A DNA stretch of 64,000 bases. Origin: Octopus sinensis. Lineage: Eukaryota. The translations under genes were made by a program, and so were the position numbers. The stretch covers positions 71,114,001 through 71,178,000 of the forward strand of contig NC_043008.1 of the NCBI RefSeq assembly GCF_006345805.1, in the 5' to 3' direction. Under the pieces are notes generated by a model that was not told the origin of the DNA, did not search any database, and saw only the letters and a program-made list of their open reading frames with translations. Shown one piece after another: positions 1-14,391 of the stretch (its first letter is position 1; every line of letters begins with the position of its first letter).

Positions 1-19
1 ATATATATATATATATATA

Positions 20-300
20 TAAATTTATAAATGAGGGTGAAAAATTGATATTAATTTAATAATACCATTAATTTAACACCGAGTGGCTTTGCACAAAAAA
101 CTACGGAGAAAATACAAATTTATACATAAATTATTAGAGAGTTAACCACTATGTGGATAAGTCTAGTGCTAAAAACAGCCCCGATAGTATAGCCACAGAA
201 AACGATGTTTCCAATTAGAAATAACATACATTTAACGGAAGGAAAGTGAAATATAACGAATAAATAGATTGACCCTGAACAAATTGTTTCATTACTAATG
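20..300 (-). mobile_element. Diverged, truncated copy of the 29640-30250 HHR element family
   Basis: Colinear blocks shared with 29640-29945 (AGGGTGA, ATTTAATA, AACACC.AGTGG, CACTATGTGG, CCACA.AA..ATGTTTCC, ACAA(A)TTGTTTC). Breaks off into (TA)n inside the HHR position. Confidence 0.55.
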
Positions 301-307
301 TAATATG

Positions 308-365
<58 letters not shown>

Positions 366-872
366 TAACTGTAAATTAAATGTCAAATGATGTGTTGCGT
401 TACTTCTGGCCCACACTGTACAAAGAATCAGTTTGTGTACTTTTTTAGCGACTTTGTCATATCGCTGTCTGATATTTATATTAAAATCCAAGCAGTTAGT
501 CTATGATTGTGATTTGATAGGATAGAGAAATCGGCAGGTATTCAGTTCGTCTCTCACTTCTTTCGATATTTCGAAGGTACGTAGATTTGTTGACATGGAA
601 AAGAAATTTGGGAGCGTGGAGAGGAATTTGTACAGTTAATGCTCGGCTGAATAATTTTAACGATCAAATCATGTGATATTCTCATAAAAAAAATTATACT
701 TCTTACCCATACATAGAGAGAAGAAATTCATGTAAAGAGAGTTTTAAATAAGGTGAAAATAATTTCTTCTCCTCTGACACTCTCCCTTCTCTCAGTATTC
801 ATATGAAATTATGCGCGCCTTTGAGTATATTCCTTAGAAAAACTATGCGTAAAACTTATACATACATACATA

Positions 873-931
<59 letters not shown>

Positions 932-1012
932 TGTGTAAATAACACACTGAGCCATAATGATCAGAGTAAAATTGTGTCTTCCAAGAACTAAAATCATCTT
1001 TACCTCTCCCAG

Positions 1013-1048
<36 letters not shown>

Positions 1049-1380
1049 TCGTTGGAAAAGCGGAAAATGTGAAGATAAATCTAACAAGCATTAATTAGAT
1101 CATAAGTAAACTGTGTGATAGGTGGTTTCTGATTCGTTGTTTCTATTATTGAATGAGCGCGTAAACATAGCAAGCATTGACGTCATTTGCTTCTGAGTAA
1201 AACCCACATCATGGACGAAAGCCGCGGAAGGAATTAGCTACCAGACCTTCAGAGATAAAATATTGTTCTTTTAAAAAATGAAGACCCGCATCTCACGAAT
1301 TTTCCATTTTTCTAGGGACCACCCTGTATACATACATACATACATAAATACATACATACATATATACATACATACATATA

Positions 1381-1414
<34 letters not shown>

Positions 1415-1699
1415 CATACATACATACATATATATATATACATATATATATGTGTGTGTGTGTATACAGGGTGGTCGCTATTTGTTATATTTGGGGAAAG
1501 TCATAATTAATAAAGCCTATAAACTCACTCACCGGTTATTTGACTCAATCTTTTTCCAAAGCATTTAATCGTTGTTTCGAAAAATATGTTTGGGTACATA
1601 AATAAACATGAAATTTTTTGGAAAAGAAAGAAATGTGCTATAGGGGCAGACAACAACCGCTGAAAGTTTTCACAGGCTTATTATGTTGCTCTCCACATG

Positions 1700-2112
1700 T
1701 TGTGAGCTAGCAGAAATGTTAGCACATCGGGCGAAATGCTTAGTGGTATTTCGTCTTCCGCTACGTTCTGAGTTCAAATTCCACCGAGGTCGACTTTGCC
1801 TTTCAACCTTTCGGGGCCGAAAAAATTAAGTACCAGTTACGCACTGAGTTCGATATAATCGACTTAATCCGTTTGTCTGTCCTTGTTTGTCCCTTCTGTG
1901 TTTAGCTTCTTGTGGGTAGTAAAGAAATAGGTATTTTGTCTGCCGTTACGTTCTGAGTTCAAATTCCGCCGAGGTCGACTTTGCCTTTCAACCTTTCGGG
2001 GCCGATAAATTAAGTACCAGTTATGCACTGAGGTCGATATAATCGACTTAATACGTTTGTCTGTCCTTGTTTGTCCCCTCTGTGTGCAGCCCATTGTGGG
2101 CAATAAAGAAAT
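1700..2112 (+). mobile_element. tRNA-derived SINE family A, head + duplicated body
   Basis: GAGCTAGCAGAA..GTTAGCAC head and GTTCTGAGTTCAAATTCC B-box-like segment; the body repeats from about 1929. Further degenerate copies at 2119-2470. Confidence 0.75.
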
Positions 2113-2553
2113 AAAAAACGTTAGTACGCCGGATAAAATGCTTAGCTACATGTCCTCCGTCTTTTCTTTCTCAGTTAAACATTCGCGAAAGTCGACTTTG
2201 ACTGGCATCCTTTCTGTCAAATACCGTGGAAGATGTAATCGACTATCCCCAACATGTAACCCAAAGACGGACAGGTGACGGAATGGTTAGCAAACCTGAG
2301 AAAATGCTTAGCAGCAATTCATCCGGTTTTACGTTGTGAGTAAATTCGCTATCACCTTCGTCTTTTATCCTTTTCGGGGTTAAAAAGTAATACCAGTTGT
2401 GCACTACGGCCAATGTGATCTACCTGCATCTCTGAAAAATTTCACCCCTTGTGCCTATAGTATGAAGGATTAACTATGTCATTTAATATAATAGTAGTTG
2501 CAATATAGGATTTCGGATCAAAATTCTTGTAAAATACGTTCCATTCATACATA

Positions 2554-2952
2554 GGCGCAGGAGTGACTGTGTGGTAAGTAGCTTGCTTACCAACCACATG
2601 GTTCCCGGTCCAGTCCCACTGCGTGTCACCTTGGGCAGGTGTCTTCTACTATAGCACTGGGCCGACAAAGCCTTGTGAGTGGATTTGGTAGGCGGAGACT
2701 GAAAGAAGCCCGTCATATATATGTATATGTATATATATGTGTGTGTTTGTGTGTCTGTGTTTGTCCCCCCAGCATCGCTTGACAACCGATGCTGGCGCAT
2801 TTACGTACACGTAACTTAGTGGTTCGGCAAAAAAGACCGAATAAATACTAGGCATACAAAGAATAAGTCCTGGGGTCGATTTGCTAGACTGAAGGCGGTG
2901 CTCCAGCATAGCCGCAGTAAAAATGACTGAAACAAGTAAAAGAGTAAAGAGC
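2554..2952 (+). mobile_element. tRNA-derived SINE family B (head, internal TA/TG microsatellite, 3' module)
   Basis: GGCGCAGGAGTGACTGTGTGGTAAGTAGCTTGC...GGTTC/CAGTCCCACTGCG...; homologous to 39291-39710. Confidence 0.8.
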
Positions 2953-3805
2953 CAGAAGAGATGTGTCTCTAGGGTGTGTGTGTGAATGTTCTTCCGAGTG
3001 TCGTGTTAGTATTCACAGAGGTAGAGACTCACTGCTATTACCGAGTAGTATTAATATAAATGAATATATAAACACATGTATGCACTCACTGGCGTACGTA
3101 TATAGCTTTGATCGATCTGTGGATAATGAATCATAAATCAACCAAATAAGCGTTCAAGGTAACAGATTAAAGAAACCGCTCCTGAAATAAATTAGGGTAT
3201 CTGGACATACCCTAAAATATTTAGGCAACCACTTCAACCACTCCTGTCAGCACTATCGCTCATCATTATTAATAACATTAATATTGTTATTATTCCCGCT
3301 GCGCTATTAAATCTCTTTATACGTTTGTGTCATCTGGTTATTTGTATATAAAAGGCTTACCAACGCTAATCATGTATACAAATTGACTCATTTGTTCATT
3401 AACTCCCTAATACTGTCAACAATGAGATAAAAGAGAAAAAAAAAAACGGGGTTAAACTGATTAACTTTTAGGGATTACTTTCTCATATTGTAGCTAGTTA
3501 CGGAATTTACACTCCTAGAATAATAAACGGATTAATTTCATATAAATATATTATGTACATACTGCTGGTTAACAAGTGCCTTTCTGTGTTCGAATTCGCT
3601 GCGTGACAATTTGGGCGCCTACAGAGATGATATTGAGTTGATATTTGTGGAGGGTATCGTATGCATATAGATAGACAAATGTTCACAGACACACACAAAC
3701 AGATATTTATATATATATACACATAAACACCCATATGTAGAAACGCGTATTTATCTGCACATACTCACACGTCTCTCTCTCCCTCTATTTTTCTCTCTCT
3801 GTGTG

Positions 3806-3857
<52 letters not shown>

Positions 3858-5849
3858 TACATACACACACATATACATGTATATGCACACATATAAGGAC
3901 ATAAAAAGTGTATACATATATATACATACATATATTTACATTTACGTCTGTACGTGAATACGCGTTTAAACACACAGACATGTTATTTTATAAATGTGTG
4001 TGTGTGTGTGTGTACACACAAACACGCACAAATCATTTACGTACAAAATGCATGAATAATTTGTGTGTGTGTGTACATTATACAAGGTAGAATTATTTTG
4101 TCAATCATGTCAATTCCCCTATTGAAAATAATTTCGGGTACTTATTTTATCGAATTCTATTTGACGAAAGCCTTGACGATAATACGATAAGAAAACCACC
4201 GGTTATGATTGAAACATAGACACCAGCACTAGCATGCATATTTATGCAGGCTCACATCCACACTCAAAAACGTGTGAGATTCTCTGTTTCTGCATATATA
4301 TGGGTGTATGTTTCTACTTAAATCAGCCATAGTTGAAATTCGGAACATTCAAAGATGTAGGCATGTCCGACTGTTATCATCTTAATTATCTCCTTTCACA
4401 CTAATGGCCACATTCTCTTCACATTTTATGGACTCTAAAACTATAAAATGATTTAGTAAGTATTTGGATAATATAATCAGCAAAGTACTTCATATATCAT
4501 TAGCATAGGAAATGTTTACATTTTTTAAGTTTCTCTACGTAAAATAAGCAATGTCTAATTAATGCTGAGCACAGGTCTGCAAATAAGGCAAAACCCTAAA
4601 CTGCTAACCCAATTTTTGCTTGCTTTATATAGTAGCTGATTTATGCTTCTGTGGAGCGGTGGACAAACTACGGAATTCGTTTCTACTCCAGGCACAAGGC
4701 CCGACATTTTTGGGGAAGGGGCCAGTTGATTAGATCGACCCCAGTACGCAACTGATACTTAATTTATCGGTGGAATTTGAACTCAGAACATAAAGACATA
4801 CGAAATACCGATAAGCTCGCCGCATGAACAAACTTCGAAATTGTTATCCTAAAGATTCCATCTCTATCTTATCTGCACATCAACAGCATAGAATATATTT
4901 AAATTCTACAAACCCAAACACACACATAAATACAAACACATACATGTAATTAGACATGATGACAGACAGATATAGCTATAGATATACACACACATGTATA
5001 CACAAACTATGCAAACAAAAAAACTTCTAGTACATGATGCAGAAGTGTATCTATAGATAAATAGTTAATTATTCACGATTATTATCCTTTTCCTCTTTGA
5101 TCTCATTTGTAAAGCAACAACTTAACAATTGAGCGAATCATCAACTATGACCTATCAAGTAAAATATACATACGTACCTATACGTGTACACCAGTATATA
5201 ATCTATTTGTATATGTATATATGCGTATACACACACACACAGATATGTATTTATAGATAGATGGATGTACGTATGTATATTTTATATGATTTTAGAAGCT
5301 TCGGGAGACGTAAAATAAGTCTTTTTAACGGTGGAACTCGAATTTTTTTTATCCAAACGAAATTTTAGTCCAACATTTAAACGCTATTATTTATAGCTAA
5401 TTGTAATTTCAGTTCGACCATTAAAATGTTACACACACACCACACTTATATATAAATATGTGTGTGGGTGTGGGTGTCTGTGTGTTTGCGTGTGCATGCG
5501 CGTGCGCTCACGTGTACACGGTTTTGTACGGCCTGTATATTGTATGTATATTTGAAAGAACATGTCTAAATTAAACTGCGATGTATGTTCTCTATCAACA
5601 TCGAAAATAAAATGACGTAATGATTAGTCAGATATAAGTCTGTAATCGTCGACGCATAGGCCCACCAATTGTACTAATAAATAAATAAATAAATAAATAA
5701 ATAAACACACAAACAATATCAGTCAAGGGATGGCGAGTGACAGAAACAAAATAACGGATTAGATGTATTGCCATACCCAATTACGTCCCTTTATATTACT
5801 AGCTCCGACCGAGTTAAACTACCTTTCAGATCCTCACTATCGATAAAAT

Positions 5850-6460
5850 AAGTTCCTTATCGTTCTCACAATGTATTTTTATCGATCCGTCCCCTATTTG
5901 TCGGTATTTGCTGGGACTGTCCCGGACAGGCTTGCCACTAATGTTAAAATCAGTCTGATACCTGCGAGACACTCCCTCATCTGCCGTGATCATTTGACAT
6001 GTGGACAACCAACACAAGACATCGCCTCAGCCGGACCCTCAGAAACGAGAACACGATACGCTACGACCCACTCGTAAAATCGAGTATCATGACTAAACCG
6101 TCTGAGCTGACAGCTTGTAAGAGGAAACATCCCAGTTTCTGAGTATAGCCGTTGGGTGGGATACGAAGTTCGACAAATGGTAAAGCATAATCTGGTGAAG
6201 CAAGTTTAGACGGCTCCTAAGGGCCCCAGTCAGCGTTCAAGTCTCGTAAATATAGAACAAAACATGGAGTACGACAGACCTGAAAACGCCAAAATTTGTT
6301 TTTTGTATTCCCGCTCAGATACTGTCAGTCCCAAAGGCCCTCCTCCTGTGTCCACATCTTCACGTCCAAATCTGTGAAAGACTCCGGGATTTTTTAACGC
6401 TTATCTCTAGAATGACGTTCTCGCTGAGACTCCTCTAAGTCCACGAAATTCTCCCCGCTC
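5850..6460. promoter_or_regulatory. GC/CpG-richer unique patch, possible promoter or untranslated first exon
   Basis: Visibly higher GC and CpG than surroundings, non-repetitive, flanked by a CT-rich tract (6435-6580). Possible minus-strand donor AAG|GTAGTT near 5823. Confidence 0.25.
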
Positions 6461-6990
6461 TCTCTCCCTCTCCCTCTTTCTCTCACTCCCCCTCTCTCTC
6501 CCTCTCCATCTCTCTCAATCCCCCTCTCCCCCTCTTCCCTCCCTCCCCCTCTTCCCTCTCTCCCTCCCTCTCTCTCTCCACCCTCTAATGGTTTTTCTTC
6601 AGGTGTTTATCTCGATATTTGCAAACGTGCTGCATTGTGAGGCATTCGTAAAAAGCGAGAAACAACGATTTGGACTCAAGTCCTTTATCGAACGAGCGAG
6701 AGAGAAAATGAAATTAAGAGAGAATGAGGGGTTGAGAAAGCTTGAGAGAGAAAGAGAGAGTAAGTGAAAGAGGGGAAATGATAGGAGGGTGTGTTTCGCG
6801 TGTTGTCTTCCTCAGATATTGGTTTATAAAATTATTCACGAAAGTGAAATGAGTTAAATAAAATTAATTTGAAATACATTACATACTCCGGGATAAGGTT
6901 CAAGCATAAACCATTGTAATTCTCTACTGGTTCTCAGTTATGTTCCTACGGCGGACGGACGTTTGTGTTCCTGTGTATGCATATGTGTGA

Positions 6991-7049
<59 letters not shown>

Positions 7050-7289
7050 TGGAATAAATCATTTGACAGTAACTTGTGAGTAACACGCTATGAATAAGAT
7101 AAATTAATAATTGTGAATTGTTATGGAAAGATTTTATGGGCCATAACTTCTTCAGAAGTTACGTGTACCTCTCTGTGCTCGCTCGACATGGAAGCCAAAC
7201 TACCCTAAAATCATTTGATGGAGTAGATGGCAACAAATATTATTCTCTGAACAATTTATTCATTTGAAAATTGGTACAAGACCAACAAT

Positions 7290-7834
7290 TTCAATAGAGG
7301 GAGCAACTCGATTGCATCGATCCCTGTACTGAACTGATACATACTTTTAAGTATTTCGGCGCCGTGTTAAAGATCTTGCCAGCTAGTTGCCATTCCCGGA
7401 AACAATATATACTAGATATATTCATAGATATTTCTAAACGGATGGAATGATCGTGGATAAAACATCTTTGATTATATGACTGGTCACCGAGGACCTTCTT
7501 TCCCGCTAAACTACAACGACGAATACAAGGTGAGACACAAAGTTCTTTTAGACAAAAACTAGTTGATATGTCCTGTGATACGTTAATGTAATTTTTTTCA
7601 ATTAGAAATGATATAATAGAGAAAAAGGCAGTGTCCACGCAGAATCATTAGCGCTCAAGACGAAATGCATGCAGAGCGGCATGCATTTCATCCATCTATA
7701 CGCTCTGATGTCAACTGTGCCATTGATTCTTTCGGACTTGTTAAAAAAATGTACCAGTCAATCACTGTAGTGGATTACATGTATTTACCAACTCCCATCC
7801 AACATTTGAAGCCTTGTGCCTATACTAGTAAGAA
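7290..7834 (+). pseudogene. Possible highly decayed RTE-like LINE 3' region
   Basis: HTFKYFGAVL resembles the FKYLG RT motif and SFGLVKKM resembles WFGHVxRM. Followed by a (TTC)n tail. Many stops. Confidence 0.35.
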
Positions 7835-8783
7835 TTCTTCTTCTTCTTCTTCTTCTTCTTCTTCTTCTTCTTCTTCTTCTTCTTCTTCTTCTTCTTCTCT
7901 TCTTCTTTCTTCTTTTCTTCTTCTTTTTCTTCTTCTTCTTCTTCTTTTTCTTCTTCTTCTTTTTCTTCTTCTTCTTTTTCTTCTTCTTTTTCTTTCTTTT
8001 CTTCTTCTTTTTCTTCTTCTTCTTCTTCTTTTTTCTTCTTCTTCTTCTTTCTTCTTCTTCTTCTCTTCTTCTTTTTCTTCTTTTTCTTCTTCTTTCTTCT
8101 TCTTGTCTTCTTTTTCTTTTCTTCTTTTTCTCTCTTCTTCTTCTTCTTTTTTCTTCTTCTTCTTTTTTCTTCTTCTTTTTTCTTTCTTCTTCTTCTTCTT
8201 CTTTTCTTCTTCTTCTTCTTTTTTCTTCGTCTCTTCTTCTTTTCTTCTTCTTTTCTTCTTCTTCTTCTTCTTCTTTTTCGTCTCTCTTTCGCCTTCTTCT
8301 TCTTCTTCTTCTTCTTCTTCTTCTTTTTCTTCTTCTTATTTTTCTTCTTCTTCTTTTTCTCCTTCTTCTTTCTTCTTCTTCTTCTTCTTCTTTCCTTCTT
8401 CTTCTTCTTCTTCTTTCTTTTTCTTCTTTTTTTTCTTCTTCTTCTTCTACTTCTTACTTCTCTTTGGCCTCTTCTTCGTCCTACTTCTACTTCTACTTTT
8501 TCTTCTTCTCCTTCTTCTTCTTCTTTTTCTTCTTCTTCTTCTCCTTCTTCTTCTTCTATTTCTTCTTCTTCTCCATCTTCCTCTTCTTCTTCTTCTACTT
8601 CTTCTACTTCTACTTCTACTCCTCTTCTTCTACTTCTACTTCTTCTTCTTCTACTACTACTCCTACTTTCTTCTTCTCTTCTTCTTCTATTTCTTCTTCT
8701 TCTCCTTCTTCTTCTTCTTCTTCTTCTTCTACTTCTACTTCTTCTTCTTCTACTTCTACTTCTTCTTCTACTACTACTACTCC

Positions 8784-8815
<32 letters not shown>

Positions 8816-8940
8816 CTTCTTCGTCTTCGTAGTAGTAGTAGTAGTAATAGTAATAGTAGAAGTAGTATTAGTAGTATTATTATTATTATTATTATTATTA
8901 GTAGGTAGTAGTAGTAGGTAGTAATAGTAGTGGTAGTATT
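7835..8940. repeat. About 1-kb degenerate (TTC)n polypyrimidine tract grading into (TAC), (TAG) and (TAT) repeats
   Basis: Direct reading. Explains ORFs 7665-8921 and 7816-8832. Confidence 0.95.
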
Positions 8941-9396
8941 GAGTGTGAGAGCGATTTATGCCATAAAGTATGCCATAAAAGTGATCATAATACCTTTTGC
9001 CAAGGTATTATGATCACAAGGTATACGCACGTCGATCACTAAACAGACTGTTATTTTGGTTTTTTGAAACAATAGCCAGTTTGTTAGTTGTGATGATTTT
9101 ATCTGTATGTCCTAGAAAGACCCTAAGAATCGTTACATTTTCTCCCATAGATACAGCCTTAGGGTGATGCTTACACCACTTGACAACAATTTTTTTTATA
9201 ATGCCTACATATTAACCTGTCGGTAATATAAAATCAACTCTAATTGGCCAACTCTGTCATGTCTTGATTAATACTCCACTGGAGCCAAAGCATTACATCC
9301 TCTGTTTCAATCTCATCAGTGCAGTTTGGATCTACTCCATTCTCCATCACATTGGCTTGGTAATTCCAAATCAGTAAGCTTTTATTATTATTATTA

Positions 9397-9456
<60 letters not shown>

Positions 9457-10050
9457 TATATTTTTATTATTATCATTATTATTATTATTATATTATTATT
9501 ATCATTATTATTATTATTATTGTTGTTGTTGTTGTTGTTGTTTTTTTCCTTCTTTCTTCAAATTTTCTTCCATTTCTCGCCGAATGTTTTCCGTACACCT
9601 AGGGCAAAGAAACTCATTGTATGCATTCCCAGATTACACACGCAAATTCACAGGTAACAAATGTATTTAAAAATTAAATAAATAAATTCATGAATGGATG
9701 TTGTTTTCACAGCGATAATGCTCTTCCAGTTAACACGATTTTTTGCCTTGCCTTACCGTTTGTTTCCCTCTCTAACAATTGTGTGTGTGTGTGTACTTGT
9801 ATCATTTGATGTATACTGTATAAAAAGAAGAGCTGAAAATAGTAACGCTTAAGATACGTGCTTAGGCAGGTTGTATAATCTACCCTGTCTATTCAGACAA
9901 TAAAGGGCTCTAGGCGTACGTATTGTTCTATTTGAATATCAGCACGCTGAATATGGATCATCTGTAGGAAGAGATTATATATTTGTGCGTGCATGTGTGT
10001 GTGTTGTGTGTGTGTATGATCGCGTGCATGTGTATATACGTGTATATATG

Positions 10051-10142
<92 letters not shown>

Positions 10143-10337
10143 ATATACATTTATGAATGTGTTGCAAGATTCCTGATATGAGACCGTCTGTTGAAACAGA
10201 TAGTGTTATATTTCGGGAGGTCATTTTTTTTGTCCAATAAACACACGCACTATATATCCTTTCTTCACTTGTTTTCCTTGGGGAATAGACATATATACGC
10301 AAACACACACATATGTATTATAATATTTCCCTTACCG

Positions 10338-10545
10338 AAGGTGGCAAGTTGGCAGAAACGTTAGCACGTTGGGTGAAAAGCTTAGCGGTATTTCGTCTGT
10401 CTTTATGTTCTGAGTTGAAATTCCGCCGTGGTCCACTTTCACTTATATCCTTTTGTGGTCGATAAATTATGTACCAGTGGCGTACTGGGGTCGATCTAAT
10501 CGATTGTTCCCCTTCCCCCAAAATTCGGGCTTTGTGCTTCGAGTA
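10338..10545 (+). mobile_element. SINE family A copy
   Basis: GGCAAGTTGGCAGAAACGTTAGCAC...GTACCAGT.GCGTACTGGGGTCGA. Confidence 0.75.
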
Positions 10546-10842
10546 AAAAAGAACATTTCTCCTAGGGATAAGGATACTAATCTACTGTTAGAATTCAATG
10601 AAGAGATTATATTAATAACAAGGGAACAAGAAATTATATAATGAATTGCACTAACTTAATTATTTCTGCTATACGACGCAATGCGCTCATAATAGAGTAC
10701 TAGTGTTTTTGAATCACATTATAATATTTATGAAATGGAAGACATCACTGTGTGTCTCTTACCGCAGAAACAGCTGTGAGCTAATAGAGTTAATTACATC
10801 ATTACTTCTTGCCATGCCATTTCATATATAATTTCTTATATA

Positions 10843-10920
<78 letters not shown>

Positions 10921-12312
10921 TATATATTCTGTTCCTAGATTATCTATGCCAATATTCGTCTTAACCTGGTATGAAATAAATAAAAGTGAATCTATGTAAG
11001 AAAAGACAATTACTGATATTCCATCGTTCACACGTGTCAAAACAAATTAAATTCCCGAAACAACTGAGAAACAAAAGCTCATATATTAATAGTGAGGTTG
11101 CTGTCGACAGATCCGAAAAGGAATTATGGTTACAAAGAAAGGATATATGAAAAATGATATTTCTCCTACATTATATAATAAAATACGTTTACAAGGAAAG
11201 TTGAAGAAAACCTTGATGAAATTATGAAATTAAGAACATAAAGTAAAAACAGCTCTATGTTATTTTATGACCACCCAAAGCTTTAAAACATTATTATAGC
11301 TCAACCTCAATGTATATTTACAACCAAAACCGAATTAATAGAAGACATTTTAAAGGAAACAAAAAATAAAGGAAAATAGATTAATGTTTAAGGAAGGGAA
11401 AATATTTATTGCGGGTTTGAGAATGTAGAAAGTCAGCCAAGCTTGATACTGTATCTCTCTCAGTTCTTTATGCAGAATAAAATTCGTGTCCACATCTAAA
11501 CATATCCACATACCCACCCTATATATACGAGTATATGTGTGTTTGTGTATCTGTGTGTGTATATTTGTGCTTATTTACATTTATGCATCTCTCTATCTAT
11601 CTATCTACCTATCAACCTATCTATCTATCTACCTATGTGTATATATACATATATTTGTATAATGTATACGCATATATATATTCATGTGTATGCATCTGCA
11701 GTTGTGTTTTATATATAGTGGAATACATATACGTAAACAATTATACTGTGTATACGGATATACACAAATATGTCAATATATATAAGTGTATATATTTATA
11801 CAGGCGCACACATGCACATATGTATGTGTGTATGTGTGAGTGTAAACACACACATATATATAGATATGTATATACACACATACATACATACATATATGTG
11901 CATATATGTGTAGATAGATGCCTTACATCGGCAAAATTTTGTCAACATATCAGGTAATATTATACTATGTCCGGTAAAATCAATAACGCCAACATGTAAA
12001 AATACGTAAAAGAAAATCAATTAATAATATAAGACAATAGAAGACAAAAACAGAAAAAAATTCTGCTAAGTAGCATTTAAAAATATATTAATATCAATTT
12101 GTGTCTGGTCTTCCTTAGCAACGACTGTTATTTAACATCCAAGCAGCAAGAATTTCCCGTTTTCAAAATTATCTTCGTAAATTTTATGTTATTTACTTTG
12201 CCTTTAGTAAAGCAATAGATAAATTGTTAGTGTAAACAAAGATAAGGATTTAAGAGTTACGTTCTTTGTATTGATTTTAGTTTTCAATTTACAAGCTCGA
12301 AGAACAAAATGT

Positions 12313-12375
<63 letters not shown>

Positions 12376-13264
12376 TAAATAAATAAGTAAAAACCAGAAA
12401 ATAGAATATAAAAAAGAAAACATTGAACCATGTATTCCGAACGTATTAGAAAATTCGATTTTCTTCAAGAATTCTCTTGCTACGGAGTTTTACCAAATAT
12501 CCATAACTACTTTGCTAAGGTCAGTATATTGTTCTAATTTAAAAAAAAAAAACGTGTTTGTTTTTGATACCGTTAATTACTAATGTTAAAATGATTGAAG
12601 AACAATTGTTTGACCGTGTATATGCATTTTAGGTTTAATCTTTTACTTAATTCAGTAGAATTAAGAGGTGGTGAGAGTTAACCCCCCAAACACACACTTA
12701 CACACACGCACACACATACATGCACACACATACACATATATCCATGAGAGGATTTTTTGGTTTCAGCCTACCAAATCCGCTCAGAAAAGCTTTGGATGGA
12801 AAACACTTGGCCAAGTTGCTGGTCAATTGGTGCTGAAACCTGAGCCATATGTTTGAGAAATCTTTTACCGCAAACCACTCTCTATCACACACACACACAC
12901 ACACACACACACTCTCTCTCTCTCTCTCTCTCTCTCCACATATATATATATATATGTGTGTGTGTGATTTCATGCTTATAAATGTACAATTCAGTGGAAA
13001 TGAATTTGAGTTATAGTTAACCAAATTAATAACAATAATTTTCCTTAGTGTATGGATGAATTAATCACAGCCTCCCCATATTTATAATCACAATGTATCT
13101 ATTTACTTCGCTGTGTGAGCGTATGTGCACCACACCGCGCATGTGCATATTCTTATATCTTCGTGTAATTTTGTACCAGTGAGCCTACGTGCGCCATACA
13201 ACCTAAGCGAGGGTATTTATACACCCATACCCACTAACGATTATATCTAATACCTTTTACGCTG

Positions 13265-13635
13265 TTTTTTCGTTTTCTTTTCATTTACTGTTTTAAGTCA
13301 TATCATTGCGGCCATGCTGGAGCACCACCTTTAGTCAAACAAATCGACCTAATAATTATACTATCGGTTCTTTTGTCGAACAACTAAGTTACGGAGATGT
13401 AAACTCACCAACATCGGTTGTCAAGCGATAGCGGGGTACAAACACAGACATTCACACACACACTCATACACGACAGGATTCTCTTCAGTTTCCGTCTACT
13501 AAATCCACTCACAAGGCTTTGGTCGGCTCGAGGTTATAGCAGAAGGGACTTGACTAAGGTACTACGCAGTGGGACTGAACCCGGAACAATGTGGTTGGGA
13601 AGCAAGCTTCTGCTTACACAGCCAGACCTGCACCT
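13265..13635 (-). mobile_element. SINE family B copy
   Basis: Reverse complement of 2554-2952. Confidence 0.75.
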
Positions 13636-14357
13636 GTAATGTGTATTTTCTTTTTGTATCTGTTATTATTATTGATCTTCTATAATAATGAAGCTGTATC
13701 TCTTAAATTTCCGCTTTTGTATACATATACCAAAAAAGAAATCTTGCGGAACAGACGTTATTTTAACGAGATATATCTTGTAATCACCTGAGGGGATATA
13801 TCTACACCGTACACCGACGGATACTCTTAAATCAGTCGTTCAATATCCGAACCATGACGGATCGATGGTAGATGAGTTGAAACAATTGTAGTAATCAATA
13901 AACATTCTCGTATCTTCCATCTTCAATCTTTTTCATTTATCAGAAATATATACGTATTAGAATGTGTATATATATGTACAAATATATAGTAATACTGAAG
14001 TGAAACCAAACTCATATTTTGAAGTTTTTTAATACGTACACTTCAGGTATGCATAATATGTAATTGTAAATGCATTGATTCTGTAAACTTTCTTCAGTTT
14101 CAAAATGTTACTTTTTAGTTTGGCTTTATCATAACAGCTTATACAACTTCATGCCAGTACAAAGTAGTCAGTCCCTATTCCAAATTTGCGGATACACTAA
14201 CAACGATTTGGAGTAGTGTCTTATGTTTTACTCGAGTCGAAAATTTTGGAACCGAGCTCCGACAATAAGTGTAAAACGAAATATATACACAAATACGTAC
14301 GTACATACATACATACATAAATACATACATACATACATACATACATACATACATACA

Positions 14358-14391
<34 letters not shown>

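Noticed and set aside
5826-6017. 63-aa ORF in the GC-richer patch as a coding exon
   Set aside because: Stop codons bound it on both sides before usable splice sites, and no recognisable motif is present.
7665-8921. 418-aa and 338-aa ORFs
   Set aside because: Pure translation of the (TTC)n tract. The same applies to the many IYIY, poly-I/L/N/Y and CVCV ORFs across the window.
13784-13866. HHR-like CTGAGG-GGATAT...ATATCC-GAACC
   Set aside because: Core lacks A9 and one A of GAAA, and the cleavage triplet is not in register. Too degenerate to call.
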